Shown: one piece after another, positions 51,133-64,000 of the stretch
Numbering within the stretch: the first letter of the stretch is position 1
Layout of the letters: each line of letters starts with the position of its first letter
Assembly: GCA_032718475.1 (NCBI GenBank)
Contig: JAUCBJ010004465.1
Span: forward strand, 12,864-76,863
Direction: 5' to 3'
DNA length: 64,000 nt
DNA from: Nemertoderma westbladi
Lineage: Eukaryota; Animalia; Xenacoelomorpha
Position numbers and translations under genes: made by a program
Notes under the pieces: model-generated
The model's input: the letters and a program-made list of their open reading frames with translations, nothing else
Told to the model about the DNA's origin: nothing
Database searches by the model: none

Positions 51133-52123
51133 GTTATGAGTTTAATCTATAATAATTATTTATGATATTATGGCCGTCTATGGAGATATGTATAGAGATA
51201 ATCATTGGCAAAAATGTAATAGTAAATATGTTCCCTTATCTCTCATAATTATAGAATACTAAAATTCATTTATTTTACAAAATTGGTATAAATTTAGTTC
51301 CGGTATATACAGTTACTGTAGTTGGGAAGTGGACATATAAAAAGTGAAAGTGAAAATGAGATGTTTATTGTATGGATGCAGTTTATATAACAATAAAAAA
51401 ATGTTCCAATTATAGCCACGCGCGAACTCGGACAGTGGATCAGGTTTCATTGGAAAATAAATAATAATTATTCAATAACTAGTATTGGTTGTATTACTAT
51501 TTAATAACTGTTTTTATTTAATAATTATTATCAGATGGGAAAAATTTATAACTTTTTTTCACTATTTTCGAGACATTTATTTACCGAGCGCCAGCGAGTT
51601 TAAAATAAAGTGTCGAGAGAATATTGAAAACATGTTCTACGTTTTTTTCCCATGTAATACATAATTTTATTCTTAAATTGTTACTTTTTGATTCGAACAT
51701 ACCCCAAAATCGGGAGAAAATGTAGCACTTTTTCTCTAGGGAAAAAAGTAACCCATAGGATTGCATTGATTTTACTATTTTTCCCGGCGAAAAATTAAAA
51801 TAAATATTTTTGTTGAACTTCTTAAATTTTATTACATGGTGTTGAAAGAGCATTGACGTAGAAAAGGTTTGCGCGTAATTTTTTCAAAATCCATTCACAC
51901 AATCAAAAGTTATTGCAACTTTAGTGTCTGCAAGGCGAACTCGTACTCCAAAACGGAACTCTATAGTTGCAGGGCTGCGGGGATCCGACCTCCCTGATCG
52001 GTACTAAAATCCCGGTGTTGGTGCAGTGGTGTATTTGTGTTCGTTGTGCAAATGTTTAATTTACCATAATTATCAACTAAGTAGGCCTAACATGAACTCC
52101 AAAACGGAACTCATTATCCAATA

Positions 52124-52650
52124 TTGGGTTTATTTGGGCAGTTGGAACGGCGTTATAGACAATTTAAGCTTGAGATTGATAGAACATCATTTGTAAATCA
52201 ATGTGCAGTGCTATCTGCTACAATATATAATTCGAAGCATTCGTATTACAAGGGGATACTAGAATCCATCTCTGGTGACCAGAAACAGTTATGGTCTACT
52301 GTTAATAAACTCTTGTACCACAACCAATCACGCATTCTACCGGAGCATGACTCAACTGATGAATTGGCAAATAGATTTGCTGACTTCTTCGAGACTAAAA
52401 TTGCAAAAATAAGGGATGAATTTTAGAGGAAGAGGATTCATATGATGATACGAATAAATGTAAGCCAGATGTTGAATCGTCTAGACTTACAGGAGTAATA
52501 AATCACTCAAATAATGATAACGGAGATCGAAATGGAACTAATTGCCATGCCAGCGCATAAAACCAGAGGGGTCGAAGCTCAGCCACTTCGAACAACTATC
52601 AGAAAGTGAAGTCGAAGAACTTATCAAAAATTCTAAAGCCGAATCAAGCT
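52124..52650 (+). mobile_element. Fragment of an L2/CR1-group LINE (endonuclease-RT linker)
   Basis: GDQKQLWSTVNKLL...LANRFADFFETKIAKIR and LSHFEQLSESEVEELIKNSK. Confidence 0.7.
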
Positions 52651-53087
52651 GTAGAGGTAAATTCCATATAGGTAAATGTGTCGGATTAAAAATAGGTAAG
52701 AGATTAAATATAGGCCTACAGGTAGGTAAATGCCCTTTCACGCTGGCATATAAGTATAAAGTCAAAATTACGCCATATCAATTTGTCAACTCACTGGTAT
52801 TGTAAAATATTTAAATATATACAGTAAGTAAATTATTCCGATTCAGAGTATCAAAATATCGGGATTTTGTTTGTTCTGCATGTCAACTCAAGTCTCTACT
52901 TCAACTTTCTGACTTGGTAAACTAAAACTTTCTCCTTTGGTCCGGTTCGCGCTTTGCAAGTAGATAGGCTTACCTATTGACTGACTGAACTGATAGTAAA
53001 CAAGTTTTAGTTTCTACAGTAGCCTATGTACTGTAATGTAAAACTGTATGTATAGGTATACTGTAGACAACTTGTAAGATATGTACT

Positions 53088-53786
53088 ACACACATACTTG
53101 TTGCAAAGTACTTTACAGTGTTCTGATCCTTGTGGCTTTATTTTCACTCACTCACTAACGCTCGTTCGTGTAACAAAGCACTCGGATCATCACACTGTAA
53201 AGTGCTACTTTATACACAAGCATGTATTCCAAAATTGAAACATTACTCAACGCCGTTAGTATTAACAGCGAGTTGTTATTTAGCACTTTACAACTTTAGA
53301 AGACATTACAGCATTGTATTGGCCGGTACATTTAGTATTGTATTTGGTGTTATTGTTTACGCGGTAACCCATGATGGCGTTAAGTAATGTCCACTAAGGG
53401 GACGTTACTTAACGCCGTCATTGGATACCACGTAAACAATAAGTGGAAATTTGCCTGACAGCCAGTTAGGCCTACTTCATTAACTACCGGTAGGCGGGGT
53501 ATAGCTATTAATAACCAGTAGGAAAAATGCCTTTATGTCATTTTTACATTTATTTATACAGCAACTAATATAATTTGTGCAGTTTCTATCACTTATAATA
53601 TATATACAATCATTTCGTAATGTTAAAATTTTGGAATAAAACTACATACATACTTGTTGCAAAGTACTTTACAGTGTTCTGATCCTCGTGGCTTTATTTT
53701 CACTCACTCACTAACGTTCGTTCGTGTAGCAAAGCCGTTCGGATCATCACACTGTAAAGTGCTACTTTACACACAAGTATGTATAT
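53088..53786. repeat. Two copies of a hairpin element of about 140 bp (53088-53226, 53646-53786) flanking a palindrome of about 90 bp (53350-53442)
   Basis: ACTTTACAGTG..TGATCC / GGATCA..CACTGTAAAGT arms in both copies; central ATTGTTTACG...CGTAAACAAT inverted repeat. Confidence 0.8.
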
Positions 53787-54010
53787 AGTTATTATTTATG
53801 TTGTTAAGCGGCTCTCTAGTTACTTAATAAATATTCGAGAACACTAAATTATTTAACATTGAGTAAGCTTCGACACAGCTATTGACACTACCGAGTCAAA
53901 GTCAAAAGACAAAATGTAAAACACATCACATGAAATTTAATTGTTTCTAGAATATCTTATGTATTATATTAATATAATGTATTAATGTTTATTATTGCTA
54001 GCTAGCTATA

Positions 54011-57000
54011 CAGGGTGTCCCAATAAATTTGATCCGGTTTTAAAGTTTAATAACTCGTCACAATGAACATCAATCCATACTTCTTGGTATCATATGAAAG
54101 CCAATAGGTGAACTGAGACTTTGGGAGTTGTTCTGGATGTGGTAGTTGCTATGGTAACTAATCAGATTAGTTTACATTAAAACTGTATCTTGAGTGTTAA
54201 GATGTGAAATTTATTCGCGGAAATCCATAAATAATAACTTGTTTCCCTGTGAATAAACGACTATTCTAGAATGCCATCTGTAGTTACTAGAGTAGCCAAT
54301 GTTTCTGCAATGTTTACAGACGAACAAAGAGTTTTCATTGTTAAAACCTACTACCGAAAGCAGTCTTCCAAGCTTACACAGTTAGAATTTTCTTACCAGT
54401 TCGTACTTCGTAGGTGTTCGGCATCCTACGAGATCAGACATATCACGTCTTGTAAGAAAATTTGAGAGTGAAAAAACTTCGTTACGCAAATCAGGCTCTC
54501 AAAGGCATTCGATTACCCAAGAGAAAGTTTCTGCTATTAAAACTCACTTCCTAACATATCCAGAAACCTCTTTGCACCGTGTGTCCTTACTACTAGGATC
54601 GGCATGCTGCATTGCAGCTGCATTTTTAAGAATGCTGTGCCGGCTTATCGACAAAATTGCACCGCCACAACTCCCTATCACCCATGACATTTGCTAGATC
54701 ATCCGCATCTTCAAGGCCAGTGTCCTTTAAGATGCGTCTCAAGAAAGTCATGGGCTGTCCACCATGCTTATTCACTCCATGAGGCTGCCAAAGTACAAGA
54801 TTATGCACCGGCTGGTCCTCACGGCGAAAGCAATGTCGTGCAAAGCGGAGGCGATTTTGTTCTAGTGTCAAGCTTGGGGGAACCAATGAGACACCTCCAA
54901 TGTTATATAGTGTCTCGTTGGAGATGTGTGCAATGTACTTGACACAATGAACCCGGCGTAGCATTCTTGTGAATGTGCCATCCAGAGATTTGGTGTCCTC
55001 AGCAGTTAGAGCCCAGCATGGACTCCCATAGAGGAGTACTGGAACTACTGCTGCTCTAAATAATCGGACCTTAAGTTTCCGATTAATTCTCGGTGACTTC
55101 CAAATCCTGGAAAGCCTATTCAAGGCTGCCCATGCCTTTCTTTCCCTTACGTATTCGAAGGTCCTCACCTGACTTCCAGATCCATGATCCCAGGTAACAG
55201 AAGTCATCCACATGCTCAAGCATCTTTTGAGCTTATGCATCTGCTAGCGTATTAGAGAGCAGGGCGATGTCATCCGCAAAGTCGGTGTCTGTGACTGTAG
55301 TTGCCGGATATCTACTACTTCTGCGTTCTTGAAGTGTGAATCCCAGGTCTCCACCCTTTGTGGCCGTCCTCATTTCATAATCCAGCACAATTACAAATAG
55401 TAATGGTGCTGATGTGTCACCTTGCAGTACGCCAGCCAGGATTGAGAAAAACTCAGTTTCACCATCTGGTGAGAGTACCTGCGCTTCTGTGTCACAATAT
55501 AACAATCCAATGCCAGCAACAATTACTTCTGGTATTCCATAAGCTCTTAAGATTTCAAGCGTTTTACCTCTATGGATTGAGTCGAATGCCTTCTTGGAGT
55601 CCACAAAAGTCATGACTGCGGGGAGATTCTTTGACTTAATTCCTTCAATCAATCTCCGTAGTGCAAGTATCTGAGCTATTGTTGATCTACGTGGTCGAAA
55701 TCCGTTTTGGCTCTTACGCAGTAGTTTCTCTATGTGAGGGATAATCCTATATAGAATCATTTTATTGTATATTTTGGCAGCTACCACAAGCAGACAGATC
55801 CCACGATAGTTTGTTGGTATGCCGAGGTCTCCTTTCTTGGGGGAGAGGCCTTAGTTGACCTTTAGTCCAAATTGGTGATGGCTTTTCCCCTTTTAACATC
55901 CGGTTGCAAACATTCAATAATGGTATGTTTAGCACTCCGGTTTTCCATACCTCCGCTGGGATTTCATCTAATCCACCTGCTTTATTATTGGACATGCTTT
56001 TAATGCTTCTTTGGAGTTCGGCAGGTGTGAAGTCCCCTGTTTCTATAGGTAGTGTCTTGTCATATATTTTCCTTGTAGGGCTGACCTCGATGTTTGGTGG
56101 CTGCCCAAGCAAGTTGCTGAAGTGATTTTTCCACTTCCCAACACGTTCTTCAGGACTATCGGCTTTGAGGCGCCCCTTTGCACAACTTTTCCGACCAGAT
56201 ACCTCATTTACAGTTTGCCAGGTAAGTCTTGATTGTTGCTGTATGTGAGCAGTTGTAATTGCTTCAGTTTTATCCTGTATGTACTTTTCCTGGCAGATGT
56301 TGTAGGCCAATTTAAGATCATCCTTAGCTTTCTCAACCTTGTTAATGTTTTCGGTTGTTGGTTGTTCGGTTTTAACTTTGTAGGCTATCTTAAGATCTTC
56401 TCTCTTACAAGTAACCTCAGAGTTTTGCCATGGCACATACTGTTTTCGTTTGGGTTTCTGGGGGATATGCCTCTTAGCTGATTCCTTGTGGGCTGTTATT
56501 ATATTCTGGTATATTGAATTGGTGGATTGGTCTTCATCCATTGACTGAAGTGCTTCAAAGCGGTTTTGAACTTCTACTGTATAAGCATCCTTTACAGCAT
56601 TGTCAGTTCTGAGTTTCTCCCAGTCATAGTTGATTTGCTTGCTTGTCCTGGGTTTGCTGGCTCTCAAACTGAGTCTGATCTCTGCAGTCACAATTCTGTG
56701 TTCCGAACCAATTAGGTTGAACGAGCTGTATACCTCGCAGTTGATCATGCTGTTTCTCCACTTTTTGTTTATAAGGATGTAATCCAGTTGTGCTTTGGTT
56801 CCATTAGGATATTGAAAGGTCCATAGCGTCCCCTTACTCTTTTCGAATATGTTGTTTGTTGGTATCAATTCACATTCTTCCATTAGGTCTAAAAGTAAGT
56901 ACCCATTTCTGTTAGAACTGGTGTTATAGGTGTAACCCTTGATGTCTTCTGGGCCAATTTGCGCATTCAGGTCACCAGTAATGACTTTAACATTGTGTTT

Positions 57001-58084
57001 CGGGATGTCCTTAATAAGTCCAGTCAGTTCTTCATAAAACCTGACTGCTTGTTCTGGCTCTGATGCATTGGTTGGACTGTAGCAACATATAACTGTTGTC
57101 TTGGGATTCCCATCAAATGTTGCGATCATAACCCTGGAATTTATAGATTCGATGTTGTTTAGGGTCTTAAGTGCAAATGGGCTTAGCAGAATTCCTACTC
57201 CACCAATTGATGCATTGGCCGAGTTTCTTACTGCTGAGCTTGTTACTAACGTCCATCCATTTCCAATGTCATTGTACTTCATGGCAGTGCCTTCATGACA
57301 AATCCGATGTTCTTGAATGCAGATGATGTCGATGTTATATTCCGTGCTTTCAGCGTGCGTGCGTTCATTGTAGCAATCTTTAGTGTCGTTTTACATTTCA
57401 ACAGGTTGGTTCTTCTTTCTTCTCTGTCTTCTGTTCCAGTAGCCAATTTATCGACCCTAGCCTGGTGTACCACTGAGGGACGCGGTCCTTGTTGACCCGG
57501 GCGACGACCGAGCCGGTATTTCTCCTGGAGGGTTCTCATACTCATATCTTTCAGTTGCGGGAGTAAACCGCTTGTGGTCGCAACTCCTACAAGCGTCTTC
57601 GCAGTAGATCGCCGTTGGTTGATTACCTTCCGCCGACCTTGTCAGCATGTCTAGCCGTTGGTTGATTACCTTCCGCCTATCCATGGCCTACAGCCCTGCT
57701 GCCGACTGTAGGGATCCTTTTGTTACACCCTGAACCAAGTGTGCCTCCTGGGTTAGGTTACCTAACACTGGTAGAGGAGCATCCAGTATAGACAGGACGG
57801 GGCGTGTATAGTATAATCTCTAATGCAGATGCGTATCAAGCCTTTGCCTTCAATGGTGCCCTAGGTGCTATCAATGACTTATTTAGTTGACGGGGCTAAA
57901 CCAACCCACTCTTTATCAACTAAATAATGAATAGGCTATGCTTATCGGGCCTTCCCTACTGGGCTGACAGCTACAGGTAGTACCACATTACTGCCATAGT
58001 GGTAGCAGGATCTGGGGACCTGACCTGACCTGAGTGACGAGTTATTAAACTTTAAAACCGGATCAAATTTATTGGGACACCCTG
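54011..58084 (+). mobile_element. Tc1/mariner-family DNA transposon remnant
   Basis: Perfect 51-bp TIRs at 54011-54061 and 58034-58084, TA on both flanks, and a transposase N-terminus MFTDEQRVFIVKTYY at about 54310. Confidence 0.9.
54588..58033 (-). mobile_element. Chimeric RTE-like LINE (endonuclease plus RT, frameshifted)
   Basis: APE motifs (CCYSPT, GDLNAQ, QLDYIL), RT motifs (QNGFRPRRST, KAFDSIHR, DFADD) and a (TAG)n tail. The last 650 bp or so are near-identical to 2633-3285. Confidence 0.9.
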
Positions 58085-58523
58085 TATTTTCTTTTGAATT
58101 TGTCTTTGGACGTTGACTCGGTAGTGTGATTGTGAATGCGGCCTAAGGCAGCATCAGGAGTTGAAGAGTACAGTAATTTGAATTACAGTAACTATGGAAG
58201 CAATATAGTAAAATACTGCAGTTCAATTTATTTTGTAACACTATATCGTTCTATCTTTTATTTAAAGAATTGATCAACAAAAAGTACAAATAAATGAATA
58301 AAATTACGTATTACATGGGAAAAAACGTAAATATTAAAAATATAAAAAATAATTATATATTTATTAATAACGCCTGGTGTGGCACAATATACAGTACAAA
58401 ATTCCAAGTAAAATAAATAAATAGTAGTATAATGTATGGATCATATAGTTAAGAAAAATGTAGAATTTTAAAATTGGATTATTAATTCATTGTAAAAAAC
58501 TGGTCGGGGGGGGGGGGGGGGGG

Positions 58524-58765
58524 CTATTCGGCAGAGTTTGCCCATTTGGAGAGGGAGGCGGTATTCTGTGGGCAGTCTAGCAGGTGGTACGTTGTAGCCG
58601 TGAGTCCGCATAGTCTACAGGTGCAGGAGTCTATGGGGACGTGGAAGGAGCGGTTCGTGCAGATACGGTGGTGAAAACCGTGTACGCTGAAGCGCGTGGT
58701 CACGTGCCGCTGTCTACGGTTTGGGCCACACCAACTGCGGTCAGTGAACCCGAACTCGTCTTTTT
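58524..58765 (-). mobile_element. Probable 3' fragment of a non-LTR element (C-terminal Cys/His motif)
   Basis: CTCRLCGLTATTYHLLDCP followed closely by a stop codon. Confidence 0.4.
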
Positions 58766-58769
58766 CGCG

Positions 58770-59210
58770 AACTCGTGCGAACGACTTAGTATGTCGTGCG
58801 AACGACTTTACTAACTCGTGCGAACGACTTACTAAGTCGTGCGAACGACATACTAAGTCGTGCGAACGACATACTAAGTCGTGCGAACGACATACTAAGT
58901 CGTGCGAACGACATACTAAGTCGTGCAAACGACTTAACTAACTCATGCGAACGACTTACTAAGTCGTGCGAACGACATACTAAGTCGTGCGAACGACATA
59001 CTAAGTCGTGCGAACGACATACTAAGTCGTGCGAACGACATACTAAGTCGTGCGAACGACTTAACTAACTCGTGCGAACGATATACAGTACTAACTCGTG
59101 CGAACGACTTACTAAGTCGTGCGAGCGAGCGACTTAACTAACTCGTGCGAACGACTTCGTAACTCATGCGAACGACTTACTAAGTCGTTCGCACGACATA
59201 CTAAGTCGTT
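58770..59210 (+). repeat. 21-bp minisatellite AAGTCGTGCGAACGACATACT
   Basis: Directly visible; each unit is self-complementary. Confidence 0.95.
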
Positions 59211-59213
59211 CTC

Positions 59214-62200
59214 TGTTAGCTTATCCAATTCCGCTAACCTACCCCATAAAGTGAGCCGTTAAGCAATATTGGGAGCACGAGGTTGATTACCAATATCAAC
59301 CTCGTGTCACCCCAACAAAGTGGGAAGGAGAAACACACAATAGGGGTCAGGGGCCATACCCCTGACAGAGAGAGAATAGCAAGGGCGAAGGGAAGCACTT
59401 CAGAGGGGGGCAAAGGGTGACAAGTAGGATATTAGCCAATGGGGGGAAGGCATCGGCTGAGTAGTGATTATATGGCCAACCGTGCAATATATATTACCGG
59501 TCGATGCAACATTCATTCAGTTTACTCAGTCAGTTCAGTAGGGTGGAGCGGTGACTTCTATCACCGTCCGCTACCGCCATCACTGTAATAGTTATCTACC
59601 GGTAACCGTGTCATCCATTCAACTGTGCTATATCAACTATATTATACCTTTATACATATTACCGAACATCAGAACTCTTAACGAACCTTTTCATATACAC
59701 GGCGGGGACGCGTAGATAGAAAACCCAAACGGATAAATCGGGATCCGTAGATCCCGTCACAGTGATAGAACTAGATCCAACCAACTGCCCTGACAGACTG
59801 TGGCTGCCAGCCACCAGAGATAAAGATGAGCCAAGAAGGAAAGATGACACCGCCGCGGACCCCGGACGACGATCTAACGATCCGTGAGGCCGCGGCGAGA
59901 CGGTATCAACCCACGACGCCGGACCCATCGATGAACGGGCATCCGGCGATCCAAGATGAGGGGGGCCGTCTACAAGGAGAGGACGAGTCGGGAGTCGAAA
60001 GGGAGAAAGACGAGTCGACGCGGAGCGAGGGTCGACGTACCGATGTCGCCGGCCAGCCACAGGCCGAGGGCGACGGACGGCCCACCGGAACGGCGACGGT
60101 GGGGCCGCCGGTACGACGTCGGACCCGGAGAGATGGAGGAGAGGTCGGCGACGAGGACGTCGGGGTTTCTGATCGACTTCGACGGGCCTACAACGCGACC
60201 CGGAAGCTACTTAAGGAGGCCAAGAGGGGGCGAAGATAGACGAGGTAAAGTTGACAAAGGACTAGGTGAGTCGGATAGACATTTTGGTTATCTAAAGCGT
60301 TCTGGGCAGGAAGAACTAGCCAGCGAGAGAGCGAGAGGGGTTGCAAACGAACTGCTTGAACTATGGGAGTGTGGGGGTATGGAACCTAGCGTAGTGTACG
60401 TAGGGCCATACTTAGTCGATGCCCGGGGAGTAAAATTAGTGGGTTGGAAGAGACCTGCAGGAGGGCGAATCCGAGGTTAACCCGAGGATTCGGTCTCGTC
60501 GGTCGGAGGAAGTTCCGGGAAGCGGGGGAAAGTTGGTGGGACGGAGGGGCGACGGGAGTCCGTCGCAACCGATAAGTCTGCTACATCCTCCGCAAAAGAA
60601 AGAAGGGTGCGGGAGATAAATCTAGAGTATAAATTAGAAATGGTGGCGAATGAGCAGAAATGGTTAGAGTGGCAACTGAGGGATGAAACCGCATTTTTAG
60701 AGGGGTTAGGAGAGTTGGCGAGGGAGTATAGAAAGGGGGTCGAGGAGCGTATAGGGCGGGAGATGAGAGTAGGGGACGAGCCGGCGACGCGGCTTGAGAT
60801 AATTGCGAGAGGGGCAGAGTTGTTCGAGCGGGGTAACCGAGAGAGTGAGATAGAGGCAGAGCGTGAGCGGGATGATTTGCGTGCCCAGCTAGGGAGGCTT
60901 GCGCAACATCAAGCCAAACTGAAGCGCCGACTAGAACTGGCGCGGTCGGGACTGTCAGAGAGTGAGACCCCACTTACAGGCACCGGGCGAGAGAACCAGA
61001 ACTGGTGTAGCCGTACGGGCGGGGGGGGGGGGGGGGGGGTAGTAGTAGTACGTTAGAAATAGTTAATATTAATAGTACCGTAGTAAATAACCCTAATCCC
61101 TTTATTACAGGAAATAATATTTTACCTGGCAGTAGTAATTTAAATTTAAATTCAAATAATAACATTAATTCAAATATTCAGAATAATTCAAATAATTCGA
61201 ACTTAAATAATTTAAATAATAATCCGGTTTCAAATTCTAATAATTTAATTGATTTAACAAATAATATTGGGAATGGTGCTATTAATATGAGCGTGTCGGA
61301 CGTACATAACCCGGCAGACGGGGGCCTGGTAGGCCACGCAGTTAGTAGGCAGGAGGTGGCGGGGTTGAGCCAACCCGACGGCGGCCTGGTAGGCCACGTA
61401 GTTGGTAGGCAGGAGGTAGCGGGGTTGAGCCAACCCGAAGTGGGCCTGGTAGGCCACGCAGTAGTAGAGAGAGAGGCGGGGGTGAATAGACCCAGCCGTA
61501 GTAGAGACAGTGTGTCGACTAGAGAGGGGTGTAGAGACGAAGTAAGAGATAGTGAAGTTAGATGTGGCGAGTGGGGGGGGGGGGGCTACGAGGCGCCCCA
61601 CCACATAAGATTAGTGGCGAGAGAGGGGGGGCAGAGAATGTCCCACAAGAGGGGTGTAGAAGTGTAGTAAGAGATAGTGAAGTTAGAAGTGGCGGGTGGG
61701 GGGGGGGGCTACGGGCACCCCACCGCGAGAGATTAGTAGCGAGAGAGGGGGGCAGAGAGTGTCCCACAGGCGTCGGCGGATAATGCGCGGGCCGAACTAG
61801 GTAAACCGCAACACCCGGCGACGGAGAGTAATAGGGGGATTGCGAGTATCCCCAGCGGCGTGCGATCGAGCAGAGAGAGGCAGGTTGACGTCGCGAGAGG
61901 GCAGACGAAGCGTCGAGCCCGATCAGAAGAGGGAAGAAGAACAGTGGAGTTTAACCGGGAGGTCGACGAGAGATCTCATGAGCCGGAATACTGCACTGAA
62001 AAGAGAAGAAGAGGAGATAGTAGAAAAGGTGTCGCCACGAACGATAGGAGTGTGAGGACGGATAGCGGACCGTCGATAGTAGAGATGGAGTTAGGGAGTC
62101 GGTGGGGTCGAACTTCGGGAGATTGCCGTCGCCCCGGAGAAACGCACCGCACGCCAAGAGAGGGGTACAGGACGTACCGATATAAAGTCGAGAACAGGAG

Positions 62201-63945
62201 AGGGGATCGAAGAGAAGCTTCCCGACGGGATATAGCTGCCGATCGAGAGTGCGGTAGTCGCCGGGAGATTCGAGATTCGCGAAGATTAAACTTCGATTCG
62301 AAAGGGCACATGCAGACTGCAGGACATACTGTAGGCCTTACTGCACATACTATTATAGGCCATGCTGGGAGAGATAGAGTAGGCGATAGGGTAGCGCGAA
62401 CGACGGGATTAAACCCGGAAGCCGCGGAGTACATACCGGTAGGTAGGCAAGAAGTGGGTAGGCCTATATCGGTACAGCAGCATGACTATAATACACAGGG
62501 ACATAACATAGACCCGGTTGAGGGGGATATTGCAGATAGATGGATGGGCCCCAATATATTAACATCAACCCCAGTACCAAACATAACACTGGGTGGGGGG
62601 GGGGGGGGGGGGCAGGGTGACATTCCCCCATTACAAAATATCCGCAGTATAAACAACCAAGAACATACAGGAACAAGAGAACAAGCTAGAGGAAACAAGT
62701 AGGGTGAGCTAGAGGAGGAAGATGGGAGAGATGAGAAGGGTACAGGGGGTGCGTTGAATAAGTAGGGCACGTGTGTGATGACGTGTTTGATTTAAGAGTA
62801 GGGTATGTTAATTAGGGTTAGTATTAGCAGAGTAGAGGTAGTAGTAGAGTGGTTGTGGGCACCGTAAGCGCCATGCAGATAGACGTAAGAGGGTACGTAG
62901 TACCGTTTGTGGTTGTGGGCACCGTTAGCGCCACGTAGATGGAGGTAGAGTTAGTAAGAGGGTACGTAGTACCGGTTGTGGTTGTGGGCACCGTTAGCGC
63001 CACGTAGATAGAGGTAGAGTTAGTAAGAGGGTACGTAGTACCGGTTGTGGTTGTGGGCACCGTTAGCGCCACGTAGATATAGGTAGAGTTAGTAAGAGGG
63101 TACGTAGTACCGGTTGTGGTTGTGGGCACCGTTAGTGCACGTAGATAGAGGTAGAGTTAGTAAGAGGGTACGTAGTACCGGTTGTGGTTGTGGGCACCGT
63201 TAGCGCCACGTAGATAGAGGTAGAGTTAGTAAGAGGGTACGTAGTACCGGTTGTGGTTGTGGGCACCGTTAGCGCCACGTAGATAGAGGTAGAGTTAGTA
63301 AGAGGGTACGTAGTACCGGTTGTGGTTGTGGGCACCGCAAGCGCCACGTAGATGGAGGTAGAGTTAGTAGTAGTCTACACAATTAACATACCCACTATGC
63401 CGGCACTCAGAGCGTCGCGTGCAGGTAGAGGAGTTACGTGAGAGGAGATGAGATGGTAGTTAGTACCGTTAGCGGGAGTAGTTAGTAGAAGTAGTAAGAG
63501 GGTACGTAGTACCGCTAGTTAGAGAGTTCGAAGTAGTGAGAGGGTACGTAGTACCGTTAGTAAGAGAGTTAGAAGTAGTTAGAGGGTACCGTAGTACCGT
63601 TAGTTAGAGAGAGTAAGAGTTAGAGGGTACGTAGTACCGTTAGTTAGAGAGAGTAAGAGTTAGAGGGTACGTAGTACCGTTAGCTAGTTAGAGAGAGTTA
63701 GAAGTAGTAAGAGGGTACGTAGTACCGTTAGTTGAGAAAGTTAGAGAGTCAGTAGAGTTAGTGGAGGTAGAGAGTCAGTAGAGTTAGAGAGCCAGTAGAG
63801 TTAGAGAGCCAGTAGAGCTAGAGAGTCAGTAGAGTTAGCAGAGTCAGTAGAGCTAGTGGAGTAGAGTTAGTAGAGACCTAGTGGAGTTAGCAGAGTTAGT
63901 AGAGCTAGTGGAGTAGAGTTAGTAGAGAGTAAATGGAGTTAGCAG
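59214..63945 (+). mobile_element. BEL/Pao element C: diverged relative of A, internally deleted (5' LTR 59214-59761, gag N-terminus, repeat array)
   Basis: LTR TGTTAGC...GATCCCGTCACA resembles the A LTR. 59762-62640 is collinear with A 4132-5712 plus 22604-24195. It then jumps to the post-integrase repeat type. Confidence 0.88.
62840..63945 (+). repeat. Tandem repeats (about 69-bp units, then shorter units) containing GAGGGTACGTAGTACC
   Basis: Directly visible; shares its core with 29585-30235. Confidence 0.9.
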
Positions 63946-64000
63946 TTTAATTTTTATTGCTATGTAAGCCTAATGTATTATTCGACTGACAGTACTATAT

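Noticed and set aside
63964-63989. GTAAGCCTAATGTATTATTCGACTGA resembling the element B LTR (21611-21636)
   Set aside because: Only about 26 bp at the window edge; too short to call an element.

Overview
Repeat-rich animal-type genomic DNA, apparently all within introns of a + strand glycogen synthase gene (four exons at 36079-36259, 36623-36780, 50570-50660 and 50972-51132). The first intron holds a 32-bp minisatellite that copies the exon's own splice acceptor. Into it a decayed BEL/Pao LTR retrotransposon inserted (A, 2421-34667, TSD ACTTC). A carries a second BEL/Pao element (B, 5713-22598, minus strand, TSD CAAAC) and a truncated RTE LINE in its 5' LTR. Later introns hold a TTAA-flanked non-autonomous DNA element, an 11.3-kb 48-bp satellite, a Tc1/mariner element containing a chimeric RTE LINE, and an internally deleted relative of A (C, from 59214). 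Two observations stand out. (1) None of the three BEL/Pao elements has a tRNA-type (TGG) primer-binding site. Each instead has 9-12 nt flush with the 5' LTR end that is perfectly complementary to a site inside its own LTR, with covariation between A and C. This suggests tRNA-independent self-priming. (2) Element A carries an intact extra ORF with a DEDDy-like 3'-5' exonuclease domain and three CCHC zinc knuckles. All calls were made by eye; no database searches were run.
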